NCBI GenBank assembly: GCA_964016885.1
Contig: OZ024760.1
Span: 4,836,001 to 4,900,000, forward strand
Length of the DNA: 64,000 bases
Direction: 5' to 3'
From: Eledone cirrhosa
Taxonomy: Eukaryota
A program made the translations under genes and the position numbers. Below the pieces are notes generated by a model. The model was not told where the DNA came from, did no database searches, and saw nothing but the letters and a program-made list of their open reading frames with translations. Shown piece by piece: positions 42,462-56,016 of this stretch (the first letter of the stretch is position 1; the number at the start of each line of letters is the position of its first letter).

Positions 42462-42874
42462 ATATATGTATGTATGTATGTATATATATATGTATGTATA
42501 TATATATGTATGTATGTATATATATGTATGTATGTATATATATATGTATGTATGTATATATGTATGTATGTATATATGTATGTATGTATATATATATATA
42601 TGTATGTATGTATATATATATGTATGTATGTATGTATATATATATGTATGTATGTATGTATATATATATGTATGTATATATATATGTATGTATATATATA
42701 TATATATGTATGTATGTATATATATATGTATGTATATATATATATATATATGTATGTATATATATATATATATATGTATGTATATATATATATATGTATG
42801 TATGTATATATATATATATATGTATGTATGTATATATATATATATATGTATGTATGTATATATGTATGTATGTA

Positions 42875-42910
<36 letters not shown>

Positions 42911-43372
42911 TGTATATATATATATATGTATGTATATATATATGTATGTATATATATATATATATGTATGTATATATATATATATGTATGTATATATATA
43001 TATATGTATGTATATATATATATATATGTATGTATATATGTATATATATATATATGTATGTATGTATGTATATATATATGTATGTATGTATGTATGTATA
43101 TATATATGTATGTATGTATGTATGTATATATATATATATATATATATTTTTATTTTATAGAAGGAACTTCTACAGGACTAGTACTGTTTCATTCAGATGA
43201 AATCTTCAGGAAGCCTTCAGATTTCATCTGAATGAAACAGTACTAGTCCTGTAGAAGTTCCTTCTATAAAATAAAAAAATTTTACTCTGCCATGTATTGA
43301 GTACCTTACTTACTGTGGTTATCCCCGACTCGACCCGGGACCTACGTATATATATATATATATATATATGTG

Positions 43373-43403
<31 letters not shown>

Positions 43404-43404
43404 G

Positions 43405-43435
<31 letters not shown>

Positions 43436-43480
43436 ATATATATATATGTATGTATGTATATATATATATATGTATGTATG

Positions 43481-43535
<55 letters not shown>

Positions 43536-43552
43536 ATATACATATAAATATG

Positions 43553-44159
43553 TCAGGGCACCAGTTGGTGCTACTGGTAACATGTATCCCAGTACAACCT
43601 GTCTCATGGTTGGGTCGTTGGTGACTAAACTGGCAACCCTACCAAGGTTTCTTGGCGAGCAGGGTGGCTTTGGACATCCTGCAGGACTAAAAACAAAACC
43701 TGTTGAAGGGCAAAGGAGCTCTGAAGAGTCAATGACCATCCAAAATCACCGGGAGAGATGACCCCTTAGCCTTTGTCAAGGCAGAATTCTAGGAGAAAGA
43801 AAACTCTGATATAACACCTGCAACCCTGATGGTATCCAATGATGTTGACTTGTTCTTCTTTTTGGTAAATATCATCTTGGTTAAGAGAGTGGGACTGGCT
43901 TTGTGCAGTGCCTTTGCTCACTATAAAAGCTTCACAGCACAGGCATTGCTTTATATCTGGATATCTCTCTGCACTTGTTATCACATGGTACCATGGGCCC
44001 AGCACTATGTGTCAATAATTGTCACAAGTGTAGCGTTTGTACCAGAGTTTTCAAGTCGGTGGCTGGACTAAAAAGTCACATTCGTTCAGCACATCGGTAG
44101 GGGTTCTCCTACATGGATATAAAGTAGTGGCCGTACTCGAAAACGAGTTGGCAGCAACC
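43553..44159 (+). mobile_element. ~610-bp non-coding dispersed element, copy 2
   Basis: End-to-end match to 6925-7540. Confidence 0.85.
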
Positions 44160-44296
44160 ATGTATATATATATATATATATGTATGTATATATATATATA
44201 TATATATGAATGTATGTATATATATGTATATATGTATGTATATATATATATATATGTATGTATGTATATATATATGTATATATGTATGTATGTATG

Positions 44297-44357
<61 letters not shown>

Positions 44358-44722
44358 GTATGTATGTATGTATCATAATCTATAAAGCTCAGTGTGTGTT
44401 CATGCTCCTTCGTTATAGAAATCTACGATATAGAATTTCTTCAATTGAAATTCACAATTCATGCAAGCATGGAACACGGACGTTAAACGTTGATGATGAT
44501 GTTGATGATGTATGTATATATATATATGTATATATGTATGTATGTATATATATATATATGTATATATGTATGTATGTATATATATATATATGTATATATG
44601 TAGGTATGTATATATATGTATATATGTATGTATGTATATATATGTATATATGTATGTATATATATATATGTATATATGTATATATATATATGTATATATG
44701 TATGTATATGTATATATGTATG

Positions 44723-44754
<32 letters not shown>

Positions 44755-45170
44755 TATATATATATATGTATATATGTATATATATATATATGTATATATG
44801 TATGTATATATATATATATGTATATATATATGTATATATATATGTATATATGTATATATATATCATCATCATCATCATCATCATCACCGTTTTACGTCCG
44901 TTCTTCCACGCTAGCATGGGTTAGACGGGTTGTCCTGTTGTGGGCAGTGTCTGGTCGGCTGACCATGCCTTGCTCATACAGGAACTGATCTGGCTTGATT
45001 TCTACAGCTGGATGCCCTTCCTAACACCAACCTCATTTACAGTGAGTGCTGGGTGCTTTTTCGTGGCGCCTACACGTCCACTTTACAGTGTGGGCTGGGT
45101 GCTTTTTTGCCGTGGCACCTCCACGACCACCTTGCGGTGGGGGGGGGGGGGGGCATATTGTTTATATGCT

Positions 45171-48100
45171 TCAGCATGTACCCATGGGAGGTCGGGTACC
45201 CTGTATTACTGCGTGACGCCAGAAGTCACGGTCGTGTGTCATTGACTTTGAGAGGTGTAGTTGGGTAAGGTCGGCTTTTATCACCTCATCCCAAGTCATC
45301 TTGGGTCTCCCCACTCCGCGGTTTCCATCAACTTCTAGTGCTCTGCACCTTTTTATGCAGCTGTCATCCTTCATACGCATCACATGTCCATACCAGCGTA
45401 ACCGCCTCTCCTGCACGCAGCATTTGATTCCTCTTATGCTCAGTCTCTCTCTCAATTCATTTATGCTTTGTCGTTCACGTATATTACTGTTACACATCCA
45501 TCGGAGCATGCAGGCTTCGTTTCTCTCTAATCTACGTAGGTCTTCCACCTTCAGCGCCCAGGTCTCACTACCATGCAACATCGCTGTTCGGATACACGCA
45601 TCATACAGTCTGCCTTTCATTCTGAGGGAGAAGCCTTTTGCAGCTAGCAGTGGTAGTAGTTCCCTAAACTTCTTCCATCCCGTTCTTACCCTAGTTATTG
45701 TACTTTCTGAGCACCCACCTCCGTTGCTAATTCGGTCACCTAGGTAGCAGAAGCTGTCTACTGTTTCTACAGGGCCCTCCCAGAGATTGGTGGTACTTGT
45801 TTCCTGTGGCTGTTTGCTTGCTGTTTCAGCACAGCTGCTGCATGTGAATCCTACATTCTTAATTAAGCTTCCTGAGATCCCGCTACATCTCTTGTGTACC
45901 CATTGTTTGCATTTGGGGCAAAGAATGGAGTTCCTACCTACACCTTTCCTACATACTGAGCAAGGCCATTTCCCTGAGGGGATCTGGGTTCTGTTTTCTC
46001 GTCTACTTATAAGGACCTTAGTCTTTGTCATGTTGACTTTGAGGCCCTTTCTCTCTAGTCCCTGCTTCCAGGTTTGGAATTTATTCTCTAGTTCTACCAT
46101 AGATTCAGCTATGAGTGCGAGGTCATCAGCATACAGGAGTTCCCATGGGCATCCGGTCTTAAACTCCTCCGTTATTGCCTGCAGGACTATGATGAACAGG
46201 AGAGGGCTAAGAACAGAGCCCTGGTGGACCCCAACCTGTACGCTAAATTCCTCGCTATACTCATTGCCAATCCTAACTTTGCTGACTGCTCCCCTATACA
46301 TGGCTTGTACCGCTTTCACAAGCCATTCATCTACTCCTAGTTTTCTAAGAGCCCACCAGATTACTGCACGTGGAACTCTGTCAAAGGCTTTCTCAAGGTC
46401 GACAAATGCCAAGTAGAGTGGCTTACTTTTAGCTAGGTACTTTTCCTGTAATTGCCTCACAAGGAAGAGCGCATCAGTGGTGCCTTTCCCTGGAACAAAC
46501 CCAAATTGCATCTCGTCTATATTCACCCGGTCCCTAATCAGCTGTGCTATAACTCTTTCTGTTACTTTCATGACCTGGTCCATCAACTTTATACCTCTAT
46601 AGTTTCCTCTATCTAGTGCATCGCCTTTACCTTTGTAGCAGTTGACAATGATGCTACTGCACCAATCTTTTGGTATGGCCCCCTCTAGTATTACCTGGTT
46701 AACGATACGTGTGGTTATAGTGTGACCTACAGACCCAGATGCCTTCAGCATCTCGGCAGCTATACCCGATGGACCGGTTGCCTTCCCTATCTTCATATCT
46801 CTGATTGCCTTACTTACTACGCTGCCGCTGACTTGTACTGCTGGTCCCTCTATAGGGTCTACGTGGGGTAGGGTCTCTTCTTCCCATGCATTCTCCTCAT
46901 TTAGTAATCTATCATAATGACTCTTCCATGCATCTTTCTTCTCAGCACTTGTGAGGGCAAGCTCACCTTTATCATTCCGGATACACTTCTCTCCAATGAC
47001 ATCACAACTATCTCTGACACACTGCCTCGCAATCTTGAATACCTCCTGTTTCTGGTCCTCACGTTGTAAAACATGCTTGAATTTTCTATCCTCTGCTTCC
47101 CTCCTAGCTAAGTATACTTGTCGCCTAGCTTCCCTCTTGGTCTCTATGTAATGTACCCTGCTCCCCCCGTTCTTCCATTCTTTCCATGCCTGTCTCTTGG
47201 CCTTGACTGCTTCATCTACCTTATTGTTCCACCACCAAGTCACTCTCCTCCTGCTTGAGGTCTTACTCCAGCCACAAACCTCATCCGTCGCCTCTAGTAA
47301 GTTATTTTTTAGGAACTCCCAGTTCTCTTCTACGTTAAATGTCTCTATCTGTTCTTCTTTACTGTCGTAGGCGTTGAGTAAAATATCTTTAAATCTGTTA
47401 CTGGTTGAGGGGACTTTCAGCTTCCAGATCTTTCTTCTCCAGGTTGGCCTCTGTTTCAGGGCTCGTCTAGTTCTGACCGTGAGGTCGCTGACAACTAAGC
47501 TATGTTGGGATGTACATTCCTCACTAGGGAAGGCTTTTGTGTTTACGACCGTCCATCTGTCACGTCCTCTGATGAGGATAAAATCTAACTGACTAGAGTG
47601 CTCCCCTGATCTATAGGTGATCAGGTGGTTGTCGGGTTTTTTAAAGTTTGTGTTACATATCGACATGTCATTGGCGTCGCAGAATTCTAGAAGTCTGAAT
47701 CCTTCCTCATTCCTTGTGCCAACTCCATGGCCTCCATGTACTCTATTGAAGCCGTCGCAGTGTTTACCTACGTGTCCGTTAAAATCTCCTGCAATGATTA
47801 GGAAGTCCTTGTCGTCTGTTAGAGCAGTAGTGTGTATTAGGGACTCGTAAAACCTATCCTTAAGTTCGTCTGGCAGCCCCGATTGGGGTGCGTAAGCTGA
47901 TATTATTGTGGTAATTGTCTTATTCAGGACTAGTCTGAGTTTAATGATTCTTGCATTTACCCTGTACACTGAGATTACTTTATCTACCCACTTGTCAGCT
48001 AATAGTATACCTACACCACCCATCCCATCGTCATTTCCCACCCAGAAAAATTTGTAGCACTGGCTTTTTCCTACAAGGACTCTAGCAGACCCTCCTCTCC

Positions 48101-48290
48101 ATCTAGTCTCTTGCACACAGCATACATCAACTTCCTTTCGCTCTAGCATTTCTACGATTTCTCCTGCTCTTCCTTTCATTGAGCCTACATTGATGGTACC
48201 AACTCGGAGTTTTGGGCATTTGTCGACACTCGTAGGGGAGGGTCTCTGGGTTGGCGCTTCACGTGGGTGCTTGGTAGCTCGCAGATTCAT
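45171..48290 (-). CDS. RTE-clade ORF: AP endonuclease + reverse transcriptase with inserted Cys/His finger, 1039 aa, uninterrupted
   Basis: APE motifs GTINV, VQETRW, SAYAP, AGDFNGHVG, LDFIL, SQH; RT motifs NYRGI, QFGF, FVDLEKAFDRV, GVHQGSVLSP, LLYADD, YLG; C-terminal RLRWYGHVMR. Confidence 0.95.
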   Translation of the reverse strand: MNLRATKHPREAPTQRPSPTSVDKCPKLRVGTINVGSMKGRAGEIVEMLERKEVDVCCVQETRWRGGSARVLVGKSQCYKFFWVGNDDGMGGVGILLADKWVDKVISVYRVNARIIKLRLVLNKTITTIISAYAPQSGLPDELKDRFYESLIHTTALTDDKDFLIIAGDFNGHVGKHCDGFNRVHGGHGVGTRNEEGFRLLEFCDANDMSICNTNFKKPDNHLITYRSGEHSSQLDFILIRGRDRWTVVNTKAFPSEECTSQHSLVVSDLTVRTRRALKQRPTWRRKIWKLKVPSTSNRFKDILLNAYDSKEEQIETFNVEENWEFLKNNLLEATDEVCGWSKTSSRRRVTWWWNNKVDEAVKAKRQAWKEWKNGGSRVHYIETKREARRQVYLARREAEDRKFKHVLQREDQKQEVFKIARQCVRDSCDVIGEKCIRNDKGELALTSAEKKDAWKSHYDRLLNEENAWEEETLPHVDPIEGPAVQVSGSVVSKAIRDMKIGKATGPSGIAAEMLKASGSVGHTITTRIVNQVILEGAIPKDWCSSIIVNCYKGKGDALDRGNYRGIKLMDQVMKVTERVIAQLIRDRVNIDEMQFGFVPGKGTTDALFLVRQLQEKYLAKSKPLYLAFVDLEKAFDRVPRAVIWWALRKLGVDEWLVKAVQAMYRGAVSKVRIGNEYSEEFSVQVGVHQGSVLSPLLFIIVLQAITEEFKTGCPWELLYADDLALIAESMVELENKFQTWKQGLERKGLKVNMTKTKVLISRRENRTQIPSGKWPCSVCRKGVGRNSILCPKCKQWVHKRCSGISGSLIKNVGFTCSSCAETASKQPQETSTTNLWEGPVETVDSFCYLGDRISNGGGCSESTITRVRTGWKKFRELLPLLAAKGFSLRMKGRLYDACIRTAMLHGSETWALKVEDLRRLERNEACMLRWMCNSNIRERQSINELRERLSIRGIKCCVQERRLRWYGHVMRMKDDSCIKRCRALEVDGNRGVGRPKMTWDEVIKADLTQLHLSKSMTHDRDFWRHAVIQGTRPPMGTC

Positions 48291-48535
48291 ATTTCATCTA
48301 TTGATTCAGAGTTGCTCGTGTATTCCCAGCTCATCCATCCCTAACGGTGGGAAAATTGAGGGCTAGAAGGACAGTGGTGGTGGGGTAATGGCAGGGTGTG
48401 TTGGGATGCGCCAGAGGAGGAGAGAGTTAGTTAGGCAGGTAGTAGCAGCAGCAGCAGTGGAAATGGCATGCTAGGTTTGATTGGTCGAATAGACTATGGT
48501 GGTGTGTGGGGGTGGGGGGGAGGGAAATTGTGAGG

Positions 48536-50671
48536 TAGGAACTGAGGGTCGCATGGTAAATATCCAAGTTAATACTACATCAGTAAAATTAACAATAATA
48601 ACGTCATGAAAAAAGCTACTAAGAGAAACCCTCGAAAATTTATCGCTAATACAGCAGGGAAAATTTAACGCTAATACAGCAGGGAACATCATAATATTAA
48701 CGACATGAAAAAGCTACTAAGAGAAACCCTCGAAAATTTATCGCTAATACAGCAGGGAAAATTTAACGCTAATACAGCAGGGAACATCATAATATTAACG
48801 ACAATATGTAGGCTAAAATACCTTCGTAGATTAGGTGGATGGCTGGCTGGGAAAATTTGAATCAGCTCAGTGGTACATTTTAGCAGAGAAGAATGGCAAA
48901 GTGTCTTATCTCTTCAATATTTTCAGATTGAATGAATTAGGTTAAAGACAGGGTAGTAAGCCTTAAAGAAGTGCATAGAGGGGGGGGGGGGGGTAGGAAC
49001 TGAGGGTCGCATGGTAAATAACAGAGAGATACAATAGGATTAGAATACCGCATGGTAAATATCCAAGTTAATAAGTTAATACTACATCAGTAAAATTAAC
49101 AATAATAACGTCATGAAAAAAGCTACTAAGAGAAACCCTCGAAAATTTATCGCTAATACAGCAGGGAAAATTTAACGCTAATACAGCAGGGAACATCATA
49201 ATATTAACGACATGAAAAAGCTACTAAGAGAAACCCTCGAAAATTTATCGCTAATACAGCAGGGAAAATTTAACGCTAATACAGCAGGGAACATCATAAT
49301 ATTAACGACAATATGTAGGCTAAAATACCTTCGTAGATTAGGTGGATGGCTGGCTGGGAAAATTTGAATCAGCTCAGTGGTACATTTTAGCAGAGAAGAA
49401 TGGCAAAGTGTCTTATCTCTTCAATATTTTCAGATTGAATGAATTAGGTTAAAGACAGGGTAGTAAGCCTTAAAGAAGTGCATAGAGGGGGGGGGTAGGA
49501 ACTGAGGGTCGCATGGTAAATAACAGAGAGATACAATAGGATTAGAATACCGCATGGTAAATATCCAAGTTAATAAGTTAATACTACATCAGTAAAATTA
49601 ACAATAATAACGTCATGAAAAAAGCTACTAAGAGAAACCCTCGAAAATTTATCGCTAATACAGCAGGGAAAATTTAACGCTAATACAGCAGGGAACATCA
49701 TAATATTAACGACATGAAAAAGCTACTAAGAGAAACCCTCGAAAATTTATCGCTAATACAGCAGGGAAAATTTAACGCTAATACAGCAGGGAACATCATA
49801 ATATTAACGACAATATGTAGGCTAAAATACCTTCGTAGATTAGGTGGATGGCTGGCTGGGAAAATTTGAATCAGCTCAGTGGTACATTTTAGCAGAGAAG
49901 AATGGCAAAGTGTCTTATCTCTTCAATATTTTCAGATTGAATGAATTAGGTTAAAGACAGGGTAGTAAGCCTTAAAGAAGTGCATAGAGGGGGGGGGGGG
50001 GGGGTAGGAACTGAGGGTCGCATGGTAAATAACAGAGAGATACAATAGGATTAGAATACCGCATGGTAAATATCCAAGTTAATAAGTTAATACTACATCA
50101 GTAAAATTAACAATAATAACGTCATGAAAAAAGCTACTAAGAGAAACCCTCGGAAATTTATCGCTAATACAGCAGGGAAAATTTAACGCTAATACAGCAG
50201 GGAACATCATAATATTAACGACATGAAAAAGCTACTAAGAGAAACCCTCGAAAATTTATCGCTAATACAGCAGGGAAAATTTAACGCTAATACAGCAGGG
50301 AACATCATAATATTAACGACAATATGTAGGCTAAAATACCTTCGTAGATTAGGTGGATGGCTGGCTGGGAAAATTTGAATCAGCTCAGTGGTACATTTTA
50401 GCAGAGAAGAATGGCAAAGTGTCTTATCTCTTCAATATTTTCAGATTGAATGAATTAGGTTAAAGACAGGGTAGTAAGCCTTAAAGAAGTGCATAGAGGG
50501 GGGGGGGGGGGGTAGGAACTGAGGGTCGCATGGTAAATAACAGAGAGATACAATAGGATTAGAATACCGCATGGTAAATATCCAAGTTAATAAGTTAATA
50601 CTACATCAGTAAAATTAACAATAATAACGTCATGAAAAAAGCTACTAAGAGAAACCCTCGAAAATTTATCG
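48536..50671 (-). repeat. Tandem array of ~4.3 near-identical ~505-bp units upstream of the LINE ORF
   Basis: TAGGAACTGAGGGTCGC recurs at 48536, 48994, 49496, 50005, 50513; each unit has an internal ~99-bp duplication and a G-run of variable length. Confidence 0.93.
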
Positions 50672-50705
50672 TATATGTATATATGTATATATATATGTAT
50701 ATATG

Positions 50706-50756
<51 letters not shown>

Positions 50757-50902
50757 GTATATATGTATGTATATATATGTGTATATATATGTATATATAT
50801 ATGTATATATATATGTATATATATATATGTATATATGTATATATATATGTATATATATATGTATATATATATGTATATATATATGTATATATGTATGTAT
50901 AT

Positions 50903-50954
<52 letters not shown>

Positions 50955-50957
50955 GTA

Positions 50958-51511
50958 TCATAATCTATAAAGCTCAGTGTGTGGTCATGCTCCTTCGTTA
51001 TAGAAATCTACGATATAGAATTTCTTCAATTGAAATTCACAATTCAGTATTCGAAACAGCTTCGATTGCGTCAAGACGCAGATAATTTTTTCAATTTCAC
51101 CCACAATTACGCAAAAAATAGATAAAACTCAATATTTTACGATTTTTCTCTCTCATTTAAACTGCTGAACTCTTTCTACTACCATTCAAAATCTATACAA
51201 CTTCATACTTTCTGCTACTTTCTCTTTCCAAGCTTGGTGGTGATACTATCCGTTCACACCACTCCCTACTGTCTTAAATTTAGAAAACACATATCCTCTA
51301 TGAGGTTACTAAACCTGCTAGAAACAGCAGCTAAATCTCCCCCATATCACACCCCTCCCTACTGTCTTAACTGCTGGCGCAGCTCCTGCTTCCAGGTCTG
51401 CAATTCATTCACCCAGTGCGTGGCAGACAAAAAAGTGCTGCCATAAAATGGGTGGTGCAACCTAACTTTGGTAACTCAATGACCCCGAGCAACGCCGGGC
51501 TTTAATGCTAG
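50958..51511 (+). mobile_element. Non-autonomous Helitron; its first 88 bp are duplicated at 44373-44460
   Basis: A|TC start, CTAG|T end, subterminal CCCGAGCAACGCCGGG hairpin, no TSD. Confidence 0.8.
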
Positions 51512-51537
51512 TATATATATATATCTATGTATGTATG

Positions 51538-51600
<63 letters not shown>

Positions 51601-51615
51601 TTATATATATATATT

Positions 51616-51672
<57 letters not shown>

Positions 51673-51715
51673 GTGTATATATATATGTGTATATATATAT
51701 GTGTATATATATATG

Positions 51716-51788
<73 letters not shown>

Positions 51789-51789
51789 G

Positions 51790-51915
<126 letters not shown>

Positions 51916-51918
51916 TGT

Positions 51919-51989
<71 letters not shown>

Positions 51990-52056
51990 GTATATGTATA
52001 TATATATATATGTATATGTATATATATGTATATATATATATATATGTATATGTATA

Positions 52057-52133
<77 letters not shown>

Positions 52134-52905
52134 TTATCAACCCTGTAAGGATGAAAAGCAAAGTTAACCTTGGCGGGATTTGAACTCAGAATGGAAAGGG
52201 GTGTAACTCTATGCATCAAAACATAGCGTCCGACACTCTATCAATACTGGCAATCCATCGCCCTTACATATATATAAAATAAACAGTCTCGTAAAACATC
52301 ACTTGGTAGATGACAACATCATCCTTTTGTTCCAGTGATAGCTGAGAGAAAACTATCGGGAGTTGACAATTGTTTCGGAATGTCTTGCTCCTTGTCAAGA
52401 TTGTGTATTCTGCTGGAACAAAAGGACGACGTTGTCATCTACCACATGGTGTCTATGAGGCTGTTTACTTGTAAACAAATCAAATATTAATAATGTTATG
52501 ATATTATTATATTATTATGATATTATCTGAGTTCAAATCCTGCCGAGGTTAACTTTGCCTTTCATCCTTACGCGGTCGATAAAATAAAGTACCAGTAATG
52601 CACTGGGTTATTGCTGGCCTTGTGCCAAAAATAGAAACAATTATAGAGGGCGGTGGATTGGCAGTATTGGTAGAGGGTCGGACGCCATGCTTTGACGCAT
52701 AGAGTTACGGTCCTCGCCATTCTGAGTTCAAATCCCGCCGAGGTTAACTTTACCTTTCATCCTTACGGGGTCGATAAAATAAAGTACCAGTAATGCACTG
52801 GGTAATTGCTAGCCTTGTGCCAAACGTAGAAACAATTATTATAATATTATTATTCACTCACTAATACATTTAAGTATCCACCATGTTAAGAACGAAGACA
52901 AATTT

Positions 52906-52939
<34 letters not shown>

Positions 52940-52947
52940 CATATATA

Positions 52948-55937
52948 TCATCATCATCATCATCATCAACGTTTAACGTCCGTGTTCCACGCTTGCATGG
53001 GTTTGGACGGGGGTAGTCCCACTTGAGGCAAGAGTGATTGTCTTGCTCGCATAGGACTGTCTGGCAGGTTTTCTACAGTTGGATGCCCTTCCTAACACCA
53101 ACCACATTTACAGTGTGGGTCTGGGAGGTTTTTACCGTGTTGCCTACACGGCCACATTACAGCGTGGACTGTGTGTTTTTTTGTCGTGACACCTACACGA
53201 TCTCATTTGTTTCGGCCTGGATGGCGCGGCACCAACATAACTTTACATAGGACGGGGTGGTGGTGGGACGGGGTGTATTTTGTTAGAGATGCCTACTGGC
53301 TGGAGTAGGTTTTACTATATATTTAGGTAAGGCGGGTCTTCTCTGTTACTGAGTACCGCCAAAGGTCTCGGTCCAGTGACATTGTCTTGGAGAGGTGTAA
53401 GTGTGTGAGGTCGGAGTTTATCAGCTCGTCCCAGGTTTTTCTAGGTCTGCCTATTCCGTGGCTACCGTCTATCTTTATTGCCCTGCACTTTGTTATACAG
53501 CTATCGACTTTCATGCGCATCACGTGTCCATACCAACGTAGCCTTCTCTCGAGTAAACAGCATCTGATCCCTCTTATCTCTAATTTTTTTCTTAGTTCGT
53601 TTATGCTTTGCCGTTCACGTATATTACTGTTACACATCCAGCGGAGCATGCAAGCTTCGTTCCTCTCTAGTCTGCGTATATCCTCTGCACACAATGCCCA
53701 TGTCTCACTGCCATGCAACATTGCTGTTCGTATGCAGGCATCGTACAACCTGCCTTTCATTTTTAGGGAGAACCCTTTAGCAGCTAATAGTGGTATAAGC
53801 TCTCTGAACTTTTTCCAACCAGTTCTGACTCTAGCTACAGTACTTTCAGAGCACCCTCCCCCACTGCTGATTTTATCGCCCAGGTAACGGAAGCTGTCCA
53901 CTATTTCTATAGAACCCTCTGCGCAATTGAAAGAGCTAGTATTTTGTGGGCACTTGCTGCTACTTATTGCACCAGAACACCGGCCACATGTAAAATCTAT
54001 GTTCTTAGTTAGCTTACCTGTGATCCCACTACATCTTTTATGCACCCATACTTTGCATTTAGGACACAAAATGGAGTTTCTACCTACGCCTTTCCTACAC
54101 ACCGAGCACGACCATTTCCCAGAAGGGACCGCCGCCTTGTTTTCTTTCCTACAAACTAGAACTTTGGTCTTAGCCAGGTTAATTTTAAGTCCTTTTGACT
54201 CTAGGCCGTGCTTCCATGTTTGGAATTTCTTCTCTAGCTCGGCCATTGACTCCGCTATGAGTGTCAGGTCGTCTGCGTATAGGAGTTCCCATGGGCAGCC
54301 TGTCTTGAACTCCTCTGTTATAGCCTGAAGGGCAATAATAAATAGTAGGGGCCTGAGAACAGAGCCCTGATGGACGCCAACTTTTACGCTAAACTGTTCA
54401 CTATATTCGTTGTTAATTCTAACCTTGCTGACTGTTTCTTTATACATGGCTTGTATAGTCCTCACAAGCCATTTGTCAACGCCTAGTTTTCTAAGAGCCC
54501 ACCAGATAATGGAGCGGGGGACTCTGTCAAAGGCTTTCTCCAAGTCGACAAAAGCTAAGTAGAGGGGTTTACTTTTAGCTAGGTACTTCTCCTGTAGTTG
54601 TCGTACTATGAAAAGAGCGTCTGTGGTACTTTTGCCTGACACAAACCTGAACTGCATTTCATCTAGGTCAATTCTCTCTCTGATTAGTTGCGCTATTACT
54701 TTTTCCGTGACCTTCATGACCTGGTCGATTAATTTAATGCCTCTATAGTTACTCCTATCTAGGGCGTCTCCTTTACCCTTATAACAGTTAACGATGATGC
54801 TGCTATGCCAGTCCTTCGGAACAACCCCATTCTGTACGACTTGGTTAACTATGCGGGTGACTATGGTGTGTCCCACCGTGCCAGATGCCTTCAGCATCTC
54901 AGCAACTATTTCCGAAGGCCCAGCCGCCTTACACGTCTTCATATCCTTGATTGCCTTACTCTTTATACTCCCCTCGACTAACACTGCTGGTCCCTCTATT
55001 GGGTCGATATGGGGGAGACTGTCTTTCTCCCATTTATTCTCCTCATTTAGTAGCCTTTCATAGTGACACTTCCAAGCTACCTTCTTATCAGTGTCGGTGA
55101 TGGCAAGTATGCCATCATCGTTAAGTACACACTTCTCCCCGACAATATCACGGTTTTCCTTGACGCATTGCCTAGCAATCCTGAACACCTCACATTTTTG
55201 GTCATCGCGTTATAGAACATGCTTGAACTTTCTTTCCTCAGCTTCCCTTCTTGCTAAGTACACTTCTCTCCTAGCTTCCCTCCTGGCCACTTGATAGTCT
55301 ACTCTACTTCCCCCATCCCGCCATACTTTCCAAGCCTGCTTTTTGGCCTTAATTGACCCCTCCACCTTACTGTTCCACCACCATGTTACTCTCCTCCTGC
55401 CTACAGGCCTGCTCCAGCCACAGACTTCGTCTGTCGCCAACAGCAGGTTTGCTTTCAGAAATTCCCACTGTCCCTCTATATTGTCCGACTCTAAATGTTC
55501 TTCCTTACTGTCGAAAGCATCAAGTAATATGTTTTGAAATTTATTTTTGGCTGTGGGGTCCTTTAGCTTCCATATTTTTCTCCTGAGGATAGTCCTCTTC
55601 TGCTGTCGAGTACGTCTCGTCCTGACTATGAGGTCGCTAATTATCAGTCTATGTTGGGAGGTGCATTCTTCATGGGGGAGGGATTTAGTGTTTACAACAG
55701 ACACTCTGTCACGTCTTCTGGTAAGGATATAATCTACCTGGCTTGTGTGTTCCCCGGATCTATAGGTGATCAGGTGATTGTCACGTTTTTTGAAGTTAGT
55801 GTTACAGATAGTTAGGTTATTTGCATCACAGAATTCCAGGATTCTGGAGCCTTCCTCATTTCTAGTACCAAACCCATAGCCTCCATGGATTTCGTCGTAG
55901 CCGTCACAATGTTGTCCAACGTGACCATTTAGGTCGC

Positions 55938-55940
<3 letters not shown>
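52948..55940 (-). mobile_element. 5'-truncated RTE LINE (copy D, same subfamily as A) with one in-frame stop near 55210
   Basis: ORFs 55210-55940 (APE C-half) and 53323-55188 (RT) are in the same frame; 3' UTR matches copy A; (TGA)n tail. Confidence 0.93.
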
Positions 55941-55996
<56 letters not shown>

Positions 55997-56016
55997 ATAT
56001 ATAGATATATATATAT

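Larger units (their letters stand above)
44863..50671 (-). mobile_element. Apparently full-length RTE-clade LINE (copy C) with tandem-monomer 5' region and (TGA)n tail
   Basis: Single APE+RT ORF, ~300-nt 3' UTR containing GGAAGGGCATCCAGCTGTAGAAA, (TGA)n tail, (TA)n-type tracts on both sides. Confidence 0.9.

Noticed and set aside
43170-43215. Hammerhead-like CTGAAGA...GAAAC in the 43148-43275 palindrome
   Set aside because: Stem I does not pair; counted only as a truncated relic
45301-47850. Antisense ORFs over the LINE copies
   Set aside because: Shadow ORFs opposite the RT frame with no recognisable domain
52355-52405. Hammerhead-like TTGACAA gga...tcc GAAA caattg TC on the minus strand
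   Set aside because: Core mutated at two positions and stem I unpaired
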